Of a stretch of 64,000 nt of DNA, positions 28,160 through 40,365 are shown in pieces. Every line of letters starts with the position of its first letter. Position 1 is the stretch's first letter. Under the pieces are notes generated by a model. It did no database searches, was not told the origin of the DNA, and worked only from the letters and a program-made list of their open reading frames with translations. The position numbers and the translations under genes were made by a program. The stretch is from a virus. The stretch is taken from positions 4,261 through 68,260 of IMG/VR virus record IMGVR_UViG_3300043568_002887; one strand, 5' to 3'.

Positions 28160-31100
28160 TTAAGTGTTATAGTTCTTTATTAAGTAATTTTTCCTAGTAT
28201 TGAGGCGATCCTCTGTCTCAAGGGAATATTTACTTTTATTTAGAACTCTAATAAAGTTTTGTACTGAGTTTTCGTAATTTGTTTCACGATTATCGATCAC
28301 TGTTACTTTAAGTGAAAAATTTCCAATATCTTTAAATTTCCACACAAAAAACGGAACAGATTTTACTCGAATTATCTCTTCTCCAGTAATAGTATTAGTT
28401 AGGGACCAAATAAAATCGTTTTTACCATCTAAGTTGTTGATAACAAAAAACACTATTCCATTTTCTGGAACAGCAAAGGTCCCATTAAATAGCTTAATAT
28501 CGTTTATATTGAATACGTTTTGATCAATGGTGGTTGGAATAAATCCATATTGCTGATTATTATCAAAATACCAATAGTCATTTACCCAAAAGCTAGGATT
28601 TTGCATTGTTCCAGCAAGCAGGTCACTTGTTTTAGCAAAAACAAATAGATTTTCTTCCTCAAATGCTGGATAATTTGCAACTAAGTGGTCTACCAAGGCT
28701 TGTGAAAATACTCGTTTTGGGGTAAAGTAAGTATACTTGTCTCCAGTAATAGTTGCTCCAAAATATTGAATAGTGTGATATAATTCTTTACTTAAGAATC
28801 TAGCTTGCGCATGGATATCGGTTCCATTTAATACATCGTATGTAAATAGGCTTATTCCTGGATGAGTACTTGCATTTAATTGTGTACACAGATCATCTAA
28901 GTTAATAAATGAAGGAATTATATATGTTGTAAAGAGTGATAGTTTGATACCATCACCAGCAGTAGGTGTATAAAAATAGAAACCTGCTTCAAAATCATCA
29001 ACATGGACAAGACTATTAATTCTCATCCAATATAGTGAGCCTAATTCAATATCACTAAAATCTTTTAGTATGATTGGTGTATCATTTTCACCAAGACCCC
29101 AATACTTCTTTTTAGGGTGATTTTGTAAAGGGTTAGTGTATGCAACATATGCTGCTGTATCAACATCGTATATGTCAACATCATATATGTTTTGACCCAT
29201 TCCATATCGATTCATAAAGAATGATCCCCATTCAGTTAAGTTTTTATAGAGATCAATCTTAACCGCTGCATCTTCATTATCTAGAACATTTACCTTTGGA
29301 TAGTATATTGGTGATGCACCAAAATCACGTAATTGAGTGTTACTTAAATTCCCAATTGAATATTCAAATTTGTCCTCTAGTCTTGAAAAAGCGATTATTT
29401 CTGGTTTAAGTTGATCTGATACCTCTATAAATCTTGAAAAGACACTTATATTTCCATAGAAATCATATAGTTCAATGGTTACTCTATATTTTCCAGCAGA
29501 TGGAAGAAAATGAGGTAATATATTGAGGTCTACTACCTTTCCTCGATATTCAAAATTATAAGGATTTGGTCCAGGCTTAGTGATTTTCCAATTGATCTCA
29601 TAGTAATTTTTAAAATCAATATTTTCAAGGGTCCAATATGGACTAAGACCTACGGCAATTGCATCTAGGTCGTCTAGTCTGACTCCTCTAACGTCATTTA
29701 GTGTTAATTTAGCAATATCTGCAGTCAAGGTTACTGGAGCACCAATTACTTGTTGCGGATCATCGCCGTATTCCCAACTAAGTCTCTTATTTAGGTTAGG
29801 TAGTCGTTGATCTCTAATATTTTCATAGAACTCAGTGATATACTCAGTTATTCCTGGAATTTCAACTTTTGCGTAATATTGCGAGTTTTCAAAAGGGTTT
29901 CGATACACGTCATTAAATCTGACTACTCCTAAATCTATTCCATTAGGGTAAGCTTGACGATACAGTGGATCAAGTGCTCTAAGTACAAGATTTGTGTTTT
30001 CTCCAGGATAGACTAGGATATTAACATTTTCATTAATTTGATAATCCCTAATCTCAGTTGAATCTGGCCAATAGTTAATTGTTAATTTTTGAAAATAGAT
30101 GAATTCTCCAATTACGTCCTTTATCTTGACATTAATTGGTAAGATTTCATTTTTTAATTTCTTACTAAGTAGATCTAGTTTGTAAAAGATCTCATTAACA
30201 GTAAAGTCAGTAGTCTCAGCAACAATTGGAACCCCGTCGTCATCAAAGACTCCAGTAACTGCAGTAAATTCATAAACTAAGGCTAGAAATTCAGTTTTTC
30301 TAAATTGCTTACCTGATTTTAGATTACTATTTCGATCAACTAGGTCCAACGACTGTATTTTTCCATCATCTAGATAGTCAGTAATATCAACCATTGCTAG
30401 TTTATTGAAATAGCTAGAGCTAGAATTAATGTTTTGCCAGTATTCTTTTACTTTTAGTAGGTCACGATAACCTAGCATGTTAACAAAATTGATTAGTCCT
30501 CGATAGGTACCGATATATGGGTAAATCTCCTCTTTATTTACAAGTAATTGTTTCCGAGCCTTGTTTAGAGCATCGACGTCTGGATAGGCCTCCTTTATAT
30601 CATAGTCTTTAAGGATATTTGCGTCCTCTCGTAAGAATCTAATTCCAAAGTTTTGTGCCCATACTTTAAATCTCTCCTCCTCTTCAATTCCTTCTCCGTA
30701 TAGATCAAATTCACCAATAATAGTTTCAGTAGCCCCATCAATTAATTTAAGTAAGAGTTTTCTCTCGTATGCAACTTCAGTTAATGGGCTAAACGCAATA
30801 TTTACCTGTAAAGGCATTTTTAAGTCTAGCGGAGCTGGGCTACTTGAAAAATCTGAGTGTGCAAAATTAGAGGACTCTACTTTATTGATAAAATTTTCAA
30901 GTAGAGTTGTGTCTCTAACTACATCATATAGAAAAATAGTATCACTATTTTCAGAATCTTTCCAACTAAATTCTAGAGACTGGGTTGATAAAAGTGTTGG
31001 AAACCTGTATGTATCTGTAGCTATCTCCTCTAATATGAAAAGGTTTTCATTATCGAAAAGATATACTGAAATGTTTTTAAAGAATATTTTACCCTTCCAT

Positions 31101-31177
31101 ATTGAATCAATTGGGTCGTATAGGAAGTTTAAGTTCTTTCCAAACTTATCAAAAAAGTTTAAGTTTTGAACATTCAT
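28160..31177 (-). CDS. Baseplate wedge-like protein with PKD-like domains
   Basis: YPYIGTYRGLINFVNMLGY segment; AGKYRVTIELYDFYGN and GNFSLKVTVID PKD-like strands. Confidence 0.5.
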   Translation of the reverse strand: MNVQNLNFFDKFGKNLNFLYDPIDSIWKGKIFFKNISVYLFDNENLFILEEIATDTYRFPTLLSTQSLEFSWKDSENSDTIFLYDVVRDTTLLENFINKVESSNFAHSDFSSSPAPLDLKMPLQVNIAFSPLTEVAYERKLLLKLIDGATETIIGEFDLYGEGIEEEERFKVWAQNFGIRFLREDANILKDYDIKEAYPDVDALNKARKQLLVNKEEIYPYIGTYRGLINFVNMLGYRDLLKVKEYWQNINSSSSYFNKLAMVDITDYLDDGKIQSLDLVDRNSNLKSGKQFRKTEFLALVYEFTAVTGVFDDDGVPIVAETTDFTVNEIFYKLDLLSKKLKNEILPINVKIKDVIGEFIYFQKLTINYWPDSTEIRDYQINENVNILVYPGENTNLVLRALDPLYRQAYPNGIDLGVVRFNDVYRNPFENSQYYAKVEIPGITEYITEFYENIRDQRLPNLNKRLSWEYGDDPQQVIGAPVTLTADIAKLTLNDVRGVRLDDLDAIAVGLSPYWTLENIDFKNYYEINWKITKPGPNPYNFEYRGKVVDLNILPHFLPSAGKYRVTIELYDFYGNISVFSRFIEVSDQLKPEIIAFSRLEDKFEYSIGNLSNTQLRDFGASPIYYPKVNVLDNEDAAVKIDLYKNLTEWGSFFMNRYGMGQNIYDVDIYDVDTAAYVAYTNPLQNHPKKKYWGLGENDTPIILKDFSDIELGSLYWMRINSLVHVDDFEAGFYFYTPTAGDGIKLSLFTTYIIPSFINLDDLCTQLNASTHPGISLFTYDVLNGTDIHAQARFLSKELYHTIQYFGATITGDKYTYFTPKRVFSQALVDHLVANYPAFEEENLFVFAKTSDLLAGTMQNPSFWVNDYWYFDNNQQYGFIPTTIDQNVFNINDIKLFNGTFAVPENGIVFFVINNLDGKNDFIWSLTNTITGEEIIRVKSVPFFVWKFKDIGNFSLKVTVIDNRETNYENSVQNFIRVLNKSKYSLETEDRLNTRKNYLIKNYNT

Positions 31178-31197
31178 TAGAGTTTACTAGATTTATG

Positions 31198-31205
31198 TTA
31201 TTTAT
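31198..31205 (-). promoter_or_regulatory. Late-promoter-like box ATAAATAA
   Basis: About 20 nt upstream of the start at 31177. Confidence 0.5.
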
Positions 31206-31219
31206 TAAATTGAATAACT

Positions 31220-31618
31220 TTATATGCTGTACACTGAATTTTCTCCGCTTGTACTAATTGAGATAAATTCTAGTGTGTCATCAGGATCTAGTCCAGTCTT
31301 TTTATGGATCTTTTTCCACTCTTTTGCGTATCCATTTTTACAGATTTGTGTAAAGTATGCAAATGCGTTTGGAATAGCCATTTTAGTCTCATCAAAGCTT
31401 TTCCAATATTTTAAGCAGTCTAGAATCGCTGACTGAATACAGTCTTCTCGGTCACGATAGTCTTTAAAATAGAGACGGTCTACTGCTCTGTTGGCTAATG
31501 AGATAAAACAGTTTATTGTATATTCGGAGAGCTCTCCATTCTGTTTACAAAGAATAATATCTGCAGTAAATTCTTTATTGTTAATGTAGTGGGTGTCCCC
31601 TTTCTTTTTTCTGGCCAT
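31220..31618 (-). CDS. Late-transcription sigma factor, T4 gp55-like
   Basis: HYINNKEF, REDCIQSAILDCLKY..SFD and NAFAYFTQI motifs. Confidence 0.85.
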   Translation of the reverse strand: MARKKKGDTHYINNKEFTADIILCKQNGELSEYTINCFISLANRAVDRLYFKDYRDREDCIQSAILDCLKYWKSFDETKMAIPNAFAYFTQICKNGYAKEWKKIHKKTGLDPDDTLEFISISTSGENSVYSI

Positions 31619-31628
31619 TCATAGTTAA

Positions 31629-32288
31629 TTATTTTAAAAGTTGGTAAATCTTAACGACTCCTAAAAAAGAGTCTACCATATCAATTATTGGAGAGACTAT
31701 CTTGTCTCCTTGAACTATCCATTTTTCTTGAGAAATTGCCTTATGTAAATCCGAGTCTTTTACTGATTCAATAAGAGGATCCTCCATAAATTTATTAAAA
31801 ATATCCATTTTATTTGCATTACCTTTACAGCCAATTGCGTTTTTAAGTTCACTTGGGCTAAAAACAAATAGTCGATCAGCGTCTCCCTTTAAGACTCTTG
31901 TAAGTAACTCATGCTTAAGTATTCCAGTAGATTGTGAAATATCAACTAGTGAATTCCCTTTTGAGCCAAATGAGATTCCCTCAATGGCTACGATTACTTG
32001 ATCGTCTCCTACTTCCCTTAAAATATTGGTGATTATCTTCTCAATTAGATCTTGATAGTTGACTAATTTAGTTCTCTCAGTAATATGATACTCAGGATGA
32101 GTTTTTCTTACTGTACTAGTTTGATCTAATAGAAGATTTGGATATTTAATAACAAGGTGCTCTAGATTTTCTTTGTCGACTTTCCGTAGCTTAGTGTTTA
32201 CTACTGAAAACCATTTAAACTCTTTAAAGTCTTTACAAATACATATACCTGGATAAAGTATAGAAAAATCTATGCTTACAATTGTCAT
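31629..32288 (-). CDS. RuvC-like (RNase H fold) Holliday junction resolvase
   Basis: SIDFS, VAIEGISFGS, SPSELK, KGNANK and DMVDS acidic motifs. Confidence 0.7.
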   Translation of the reverse strand: MTIVSIDFSILYPGICICKDFKEFKWFSVVNTKLRKVDKENLEHLVIKYPNLLLDQTSTVRKTHPEYHITERTKLVNYQDLIEKIITNILREVGDDQVIVAIEGISFGSKGNSLVDISQSTGILKHELLTRVLKGDADRLFVFSPSELKNAIGCKGNANKMDIFNKFMEDPLIESVKDSDLHKAISQEKWIVQGDKIVSPIIDMVDSFLGVVKIYQLLK

Positions 32289-32320
32289 TCATGTTGGTAA
32301 TTTTTAAAATCCTGATACTG

Positions 32321-32402
32321 TTATACACTAGTTGGACAAAAAAGTTCTTTTCAGAAGATATTATTTATTTTTGTAAAACCTTTAAAATTCCCAGTAGTAG
32401 AA
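32321..32402. promoter_or_regulatory. Back-to-back promoters at the main strand switch
   Basis: - strand GAAC-N17-GTATAA (32321-32347); - strand ATAAATAA (32361-32368); + strand AAAC-N17-GTAGAA (32376-32402). Confidence 0.6.
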
Positions 32403-32410
32403 GAGGGTTA

Positions 32411-32507
32411 GTGGGCGGGAGTACTTGATAGTACTACTATAGTAAATAATACTTCTATCCTACTTTTATAATTACTACTTAGATACTTTAGTAGTACTCG
32501 CGCGCAC
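32411..32507. repeat. Imperfect inverted repeat enclosing a TACT-rich spacer
   Basis: GTGGGCGGGAGTACT (32411-32425) versus AGTACTCGCGCGCAC (32493-32507), 13 of 15 positions complementary. Confidence 0.7.
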
Positions 32508-32553
32508 GACAAGCGGATTTTTAAAGTTAAGAAAAAAAGAGTATCATAACCCT

Positions 32554-33492
32554 ATGAGACTAGGATATTGTTGCATAAATTTAAGCCTGAAAGATCAGGG
32601 AGTTACCACTAATCGTGGCATGATCAAAAAAACCTTTGATGAAAAAGGTCTAACCTACGTAAGTGAACTAATTCAAAAGAATCTAGATGATCTCTTTATT
32701 ATTCTTACCTGGAATAATCTAAATGGTATACAGGTCTATCGAATGTCAAGCGACCTATTTCCATGGATGAGTGAATACAGGCTTGAGGATCTTCCAGAGT
32801 TTGACAAAATTCAGGTCTTTGCCCAAAGAATAGGCAGTGTTGCTAAAACATTCGGTGCTCGGTTATCATTTCATCCCGGCCAATTTGACGTGCTTGCCTC
32901 CCCTAATCCAGAAGTAGTTCGTAAAAGTATTTATGACCTAGATCAGCATGCTCGTATCATGGATTTAATGGGACTTCCACAGGATCACAGGTCAGCAATT
33001 AATATTCATATCGGCGGCTCATATGGAGACAAGCCAAACGCTCTTAGTAGATTTTGTGAAAACTTCAAAAAACTCGCCCCCTCGACTAGAGCTCGTCTTG
33101 TAGTCGAAAATGATGATAAAGCAAGTCAGTTTGGCGTAATCGATCTTTTTGATGGAGTTTACAAAGTAGTTGGCTGTCCAATCACCTTTGATCACTTTCA
33201 CCACAGGTTCTGTACTAATGATATTTCAGCAGAGCAGGCGGCTAAACTTGCAGCCTCTACTTGGGGAGATACTATACCACTACAGCACTTCTCTAGCTCA
33301 AAGGCTCTATATGAAGATGCATCAGTAATTAATCGTTCGCATGCAGATTACGTGTATGATAATATACCAGATTATGGATTTGAAGCAGATGTTGAAATCG
33401 AAGCTAAAGCCAAAGACCTAGCCCTACTTCGATATTTCGCTAATGAAGGAGTAGTTACAGAAGAGTTAAAATTTGAATTTGAAATACAATGA
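32554..33492 (+). CDS. uvsE: UV damage endonuclease
   Basis: RLGYCCIN, YRMSSDLFP, LSFHPGQF, ENDD, FDHFHH, HADY and EAKAKD motifs. Confidence 0.95.
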   Translation: MRLGYCCINLSLKDQGVTTNRGMIKKTFDEKGLTYVSELIQKNLDDLFIILTWNNLNGIQVYRMSSDLFPWMSEYRLEDLPEFDKIQVFAQRIGSVAKTFGARLSFHPGQFDVLASPNPEVVRKSIYDLDQHARIMDLMGLPQDHRSAINIHIGGSYGDKPNALSRFCENFKKLAPSTRARLVVENDDKASQFGVIDLFDGVYKVVGCPITFDHFHHRFCTNDISAEQAAKLAASTWGDTIPLQHFSSSKALYEDASVINRSHADYVYDNIPDYGFEADVEIEAKAKDLALLRYFANEGVVTEELKFEFEIQ

Positions 33493-34028
33493 CAGCAAAA
33501 TTAATTAAAGATCATGATGAGTATATGCTTATTAATGATGAAAGATTTGTTATTGCAACAACAGATATAAATATGCTTAACACAACAGATAAAATGAAGT
33601 TATCTAAACAAAACTGTGATGAGATATTTGGAGTAGTTGATGTTAATATGATTACTTCTCTTTTAAGAAAAGAATTTGAAGTTCGTTTTAATATAGAAGC
33701 ACCTGAACCAAAAATACAAGGTGGGTATTGGGATAGAGGTTTAGATTATCAATGTGGTGTTATTAGCGGATTTAATAAAGCAATAGAGTTGAATAAAGAC
33801 AAGGTGTTTACTTTGGAAGATATGAGGAAAGCATATTATGTAGGTTATGAAGATGGTAAGAGTGGTGCAACATTTTTTCAACAACTTATCCAATCCCTTC
33901 AACAACCAACAGAAATTGAAGTGATTATTGAGATGGAACTAAACATGAACGGTAAAAATGCAATTGACAGGTCAATGTATATTCCAAAACTTGACTCAGA
34001 AGGATGTTTAATACTTAAAAGAATTTAA
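33489..34028 (+). CDS. Hypothetical phage protein
   Basis: 179-aa ORF with ATGA overlap to uvsE. Confidence 0.6.
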   Translation: MTAKLIKDHDEYMLINDERFVIATTDINMLNTTDKMKLSKQNCDEIFGVVDVNMITSLLRKEFEVRFNIEAPEPKIQGGYWDRGLDYQCGVISGFNKAIELNKDKVFTLEDMRKAYYVGYEDGKSGATFFQQLIQSLQQPTEIEVIIEMELNMNGKNAIDRSMYIPKLDSEGCLILKRI

Positions 34029-34029
34029 A

Positions 34030-34278
34030 ATGAAAAGAGTCACCTGTATAAACGATAAAAACTTACCTGAAGGTGCTCACGTAGTTGCCGGAGAAGAATA
34101 CGAAGTAGAAAATGAGTATCATAATGCACTAGACCAAAGGGTATACATTATCAAAGGACTTATCAATGAGGGTATGACTAAGCTGGGTATGCGATGGATT
34201 GGTTACGATGCTACTCGATTTAGAGTTACTGAAGACTCTAAAGCAACTAAAAAAGAATATGAATTTGCACTAAACTAA
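34030..34278 (+). CDS. Hypothetical protein, possible small beta-barrel
   Basis: 82 aa; VTCIND...GEEYEV pattern. Confidence 0.6.
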   Translation: MKRVTCINDKNLPEGAHVVAGEEYEVENEYHNALDQRVYIIKGLINEGMTKLGMRWIGYDATRFRVTEDSKATKKEYEFALN

Positions 34279-34279
34279 T

Positions 34280-34789
34280 ATGGGAACTAATTTTTATAGA
34301 ATACCTACTCATGCTGAAATGCTTGAGAAAAAAAGGAAACTTCAGGAGAGGATAGAAGCATTAGATATTTCGCCAGGAACAATTGAGAGAGGCTTTTGCA
34401 CGCTAGAAAATAGTGAATCTGAATGGGAGTACCATTCCCCTTGGAGTGAGTTTATTGAGGAAACTTCAATTCACCTAGGTAAACGCAGCATGGGCTGGCG
34501 ATTCTGTTGGAATTTCAATAAAGAAAAATATTACCGAAACAAGGAGGAGCTCTTAGCATTTATCCGAAGCGGTCGAGTGGTTGATGAGTATGGAGCAGAG
34601 GAAGATATCGAAGAGTTTATCGAGATGGCTTTTAGTTGGGGCGAACCTGATGGACACATCTATAATCAAGCATATCTTGACCATATGAAAAACGAGGGCT
34701 ATCATCGAGATCCTGGATATGATCAATCCAAATACTTTGATCATATCATAGATGGACTTAGGGTGTCTACTTCAACTGAATTTAGTTAA
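34280..34789 (+). CDS. Hypothetical phage protein
   Basis: MGTNFY...IHLGKRSMGWRF...VDEYG pattern; tightly packed gene. Confidence 0.65.
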   Translation: MGTNFYRIPTHAEMLEKKRKLQERIEALDISPGTIERGFCTLENSESEWEYHSPWSEFIEETSIHLGKRSMGWRFCWNFNKEKYYRNKEELLAFIRSGRVVDEYGAEEDIEEFIEMAFSWGEPDGHIYNQAYLDHMKNEGYHRDPGYDQSKYFDHIIDGLRVSTSTEFS

Positions 34790-34803
34790 AAAAAATAAGT
34801 AAT

Positions 34804-35424
34804 ATGGAAATTAAATTTGCAGACACATTCTTTAAATCATTAGAGAGAATGGTAAATCGTCAAAAATGGTATTGGAAGACTTGGGATTTCCTTCGTTACG
34901 ACCTACATAATGGAGTCAAAAATATCTTCTTTTTCTGGAAGGTAATTTGGAACTACCGCTCATGGGACTCAAGCTTTCAAATGAGAATCCTAGCTCGTTC
35001 TCTTGAACCACTTGCTCATACATTGGAGCACCATGGAAACGAAGTAGATGGACCTAGATTAAAAAAAGTAGCCAAAATCAAGAGAGCTATCGAGATCCTA
35101 AGCAGACAATCAACTGATGACTATATTGATTTAGCTGAAGAGACTTTAGGATATAAGGTAGATCTTTCATATGGAATCTTTGGAGATAATGATGAAGAGG
35201 ATCAACCTGCTAGCATTAAGGAGATGAATAGTAAAATCTACGCTTTGTCTCGTGAACTTGAAGAAAAGGAATGGAAAGAACTTTGGACAATCTTTAATGG
35301 TCAAGAACACTCTCATTATATAATGCTCTTAGATAAAGCTAAGTCTCAAAATGTTGATCTAGAATCAGAAGACCTTTGGGATAAATGGTTTGATGGATCA
35401 GGCATGAAAGGCTGGTGGGATTAA
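34804..35424 (+). CDS. Hypothetical Trp-rich phage protein
   Basis: 206 aa ending in GWWD. Confidence 0.65.
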   Translation: MEIKFADTFFKSLERMVNRQKWYWKTWDFLRYDLHNGVKNIFFFWKVIWNYRSWDSSFQMRILARSLEPLAHTLEHHGNEVDGPRLKKVAKIKRAIEILSRQSTDDYIDLAEETLGYKVDLSYGIFGDNDEEDQPASIKEMNSKIYALSRELEEKEWKELWTIFNGQEHSHYIMLLDKAKSQNVDLESEDLWDKWFDGSGMKGWWD

Positions 35425-35442
35425 TAAACTAAAACTAAAAAT

Positions 35443-35694
35443 ATGAAACTTTTAAAATTAAATTGGCAACTCATTGGATTATTACTAATTGTATTTTCTT
35501 TATTTGGAGGACTGTTATATGGTTACAATAAGAAATCAAAAGAGTGCGACTTAGTCGTTTTTGTCAAAGACCAACTCTCAATTGATGCAAGAAACGTAAA
35601 TCACTATAGTAATGGATTTACTTCAATTGAGCTATGTAATGGTAAGACTGACATATATCCTAGCAGTATGATAATTAAAGTAGTAGAAAAATGA
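35443..35694 (+). CDS. Small membrane-anchored protein
   Basis: N-terminal hydrophobic helix LIGLLLIVFSLFGGLLY. Confidence 0.6.
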   Translation: MKLLKLNWQLIGLLLIVFSLFGGLLYGYNKKSKECDLVVFVKDQLSIDARNVNHYSNGFTSIELCNGKTDIYPSSMIIKVVEK

Positions 35695-35813
35695 AACTTT
35701 TAGTAGTGGCCTCAGTTCTAATAATAGTAGCAGTCAAACTTACCGCTTTACTTATAATGAAATTTTCAAATAGAGTAATGGATGAGGCTGACGAATTAGA
35801 TAATCAAGAATAA
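35691..35813 (+). CDS. 40-aa membrane peptide (absent from the ORF track)
   Basis: MKLLVVASVLIIVAVKLTALLIMKFSNRVMDEADELDNQE; ATGA overlap with the upstream gene and fills the gap. Confidence 0.55.
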   Translation: MKLLVVASVLIIVAVKLTALLIMKFSNRVMDEADELDNQE

Positions 35814-35822
35814 ATTTAAACT

Positions 35823-36540
35823 ATGTATACACCCGCCGAATTAGCAAAAGTCGTATTTTTTGATCTAGAAACAGCATCAGAATACGCAACACTAGACGAT
35901 CTTGCCCTAAACAAACCAAAAATGGCTGAGCTCTGGTCAAAACGTTGTGAATATCTTCGTTCCAGATTTGAAGAGAACCGAGACATGACTGACGAAGAGT
36001 TATATCAAGCAAAAGCAGCCCTGACTCCAGAGTTTGCTAGGATAGTCTGTGCAACATTCGGTCGATTGACTTTTGTTGGAGAGGATCCTAATGTGATCTT
36101 AAAGAGTTATTGTTCAGAGCATGAAGATGAAGTACTTAATGGAATTCAAAAAGTATTTGATAAGTTTGCTGCTCTTAAATTTTCAGGCCATAATATTAAA
36201 AGATTCGATGTACCGATGATGTGTAAACGTCTCTTAATTCACGGAAGATCCCTACCTAAAGGACTTCAGGTGACCAATTTAAAACCTTGGGAAATGCCAT
36301 TTATCGATACTTCTGAAGTATGGAGTTTTGGTGCATGGCAAGAGGGATTTGTTTCTCTTGAATTATTAGTTACGTCAATTGGTCTTGAGACTCCAAAAGG
36401 AGATATCAAAGGCGAAGAGGTAAGCCGAGTATTTTGGCAAGATGGGGATACTCAAAGAATTGCTGAATATTGCCAACGCGATGTTTTTGCTGGAATTCAA
36501 ACTCTTTTAAAACTTTCAGGACTTCCTGTAGTAGAAGAGT

Positions 36541-36557
<17 letters not shown>
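35823..36557 (+). CDS. Stand-alone PolB-like 3'-5' exonuclease (DnaQ-like)
   Basis: FFDLET, GHNIKRFDVP, KPWE and YCQRDV motifs. Confidence 0.85.
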
Positions 36558-38951
<2,394 letters not shown>

Positions 38952-38972
38952 GGCCAACCGATATTAAAAAGT

Positions 38973-39001
38973 AAAAGAGATAGGAAACTATCTCTTTTTT
39001 T
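38973..39001 (+). terminator. Rho-independent terminator
   Basis: AAAAGAGATAG-GAAA-CTATCTCTTTT followed by a T run. Confidence 0.85.
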
Positions 39002-39012
39002 GTTTTTTGTAA

Positions 39013-39039
39013 AAACTTTATCCACAAACAGGTGTATAA
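39013..39039 (+). promoter_or_regulatory. AAC-N17-GTA promoter-like motif
   Basis: AAAC-N17-GTATAA, right after a terminator and 18 nt before an ATG. Confidence 0.65.
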
Positions 39040-39057
39040 ATTATAAATTAATTCGCA

Positions 39058-40215
39058 ATGACAACTATTGATCAATTCACAACATTAGGTAAATACAATA
39101 CACGTGTTAACCTTACCGCAGAAGATAAAAAAGCCGGCGTTAAAATCTATTGCCATGAGCCATATGCACAAGAGCTATATGATCTAATGAATAGATATGA
39201 AAAAACTGGTGAAATCTCAGCAAAAGACCTACAGGAAAGCGGTGTATATCGTGTACAAGCAAATATTATCTCTTTCCAAGATAAACTCATTCACGCAGAA
39301 GAGATAACTTCTAAAACACCAATTATTATTCCTTTTAGAGAATACTCAAAAGATATTGAGACGCTTTCTAAAGGAGAAGATCGAGAGTTTTTAATCATGG
39401 TTTACAAATCAACTAAATTTGGTGAAAACTATGGATCTGAAAGAAAAGCACTATCCATCTCATACAAACAGGATCTATTTACTAATCTTGCTGAGAACAA
39501 ATGGTTTGATGTAACGATTACTAAACTAATTAAAGGAGGTTACCTTGCTCTTTATAACAAAGAGATTGAGTGTTTTATTCCAGGTTCACATGCAGCAGCA
39601 AACGTAGTTCATAACTTTAATGATATGTTAAACAAGACATTGACTGTAATGGTTGACAACTATGATCAAGCAAATGACCTATTCATTCTTTCGTATAAGA
39701 AATATGTCACTCATTCAATGCCTACAATGATTGAGAATCTTGAATTCAATCGAGAATACGCCGGTACTCTTACTAATAAACCATATGACTTTGGTGTATT
39801 TGTTGAGATAGATGGATATTTTACTGGTCTTGTACATCAAACTGAATTTGATGATTATGAGACAATCAAACGAACTTTACGAACTGGCGATTCACTTAAT
39901 GTATATGTAAAAGATATTACATCAAAAGGCGGACAATTTAGAATAGTCCTTACTCTAAATCCAGAAAGTGTCAATACTGAAAAATTAGCATGGCAACAAC
40001 TTAGAGAAAAAACTGAGTCTCGACGCTTTGCATACGAAGTTAACACTAAGAAAAATTCTATTTCAATCGATATTGATGGTGAAAACTATGAAGTATCTCT
40101 AAAAAGAAAAGATCTTGAAAATAACATAAATCGTTTTCCGTATGTTAAGGTTTCTAAAGTAGATATCCTAAATAAGAGCTTAAAATTTGAATTTGTTGAA
40201 GACTCTGAAAATTAA
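39058..40215 (+). CDS. S1-domain RNA-binding protein (ribosomal protein S1-like)
   Basis: KGGY...ECFIPGS and DFGVFVEIDGYFTGLVHQTE...GDSLNVYV S1 repeats. Confidence 0.8.
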   Translation: MTTIDQFTTLGKYNTRVNLTAEDKKAGVKIYCHEPYAQELYDLMNRYEKTGEISAKDLQESGVYRVQANIISFQDKLIHAEEITSKTPIIIPFREYSKDIETLSKGEDREFLIMVYKSTKFGENYGSERKALSISYKQDLFTNLAENKWFDVTITKLIKGGYLALYNKEIECFIPGSHAAANVVHNFNDMLNKTLTVMVDNYDQANDLFILSYKKYVTHSMPTMIENLEFNREYAGTLTNKPYDFGVFVEIDGYFTGLVHQTEFDDYETIKRTLRTGDSLNVYVKDITSKGGQFRIVLTLNPESVNTEKLAWQQLREKTESRRFAYEVNTKKNSISIDIDGENYEVSLKRKDLENNINRFPYVKVSKVDILNKSLKFEFVEDSEN

Positions 40216-40248
40216 TTTTCAAAAGAGCTCAGCCCAAATGCAGGACAA

Positions 40249-40257
40249 GATAAATAA
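40249..40257 (+). promoter_or_regulatory. Late-promoter-like box GATAAATAA
   Basis: In the intergenic gap upstream of nrdB. Confidence 0.4.
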
Positions 40258-40365
40258 CCAAGAACTAAACCAGTTCAATCTAGATTAAGACGGTAATTTA
40301 AAAAATTAACAATCGGCAACCCTGATAGTATTAGCAGCGTTGTCTAAAAAAACAAGTAAAAAAAT

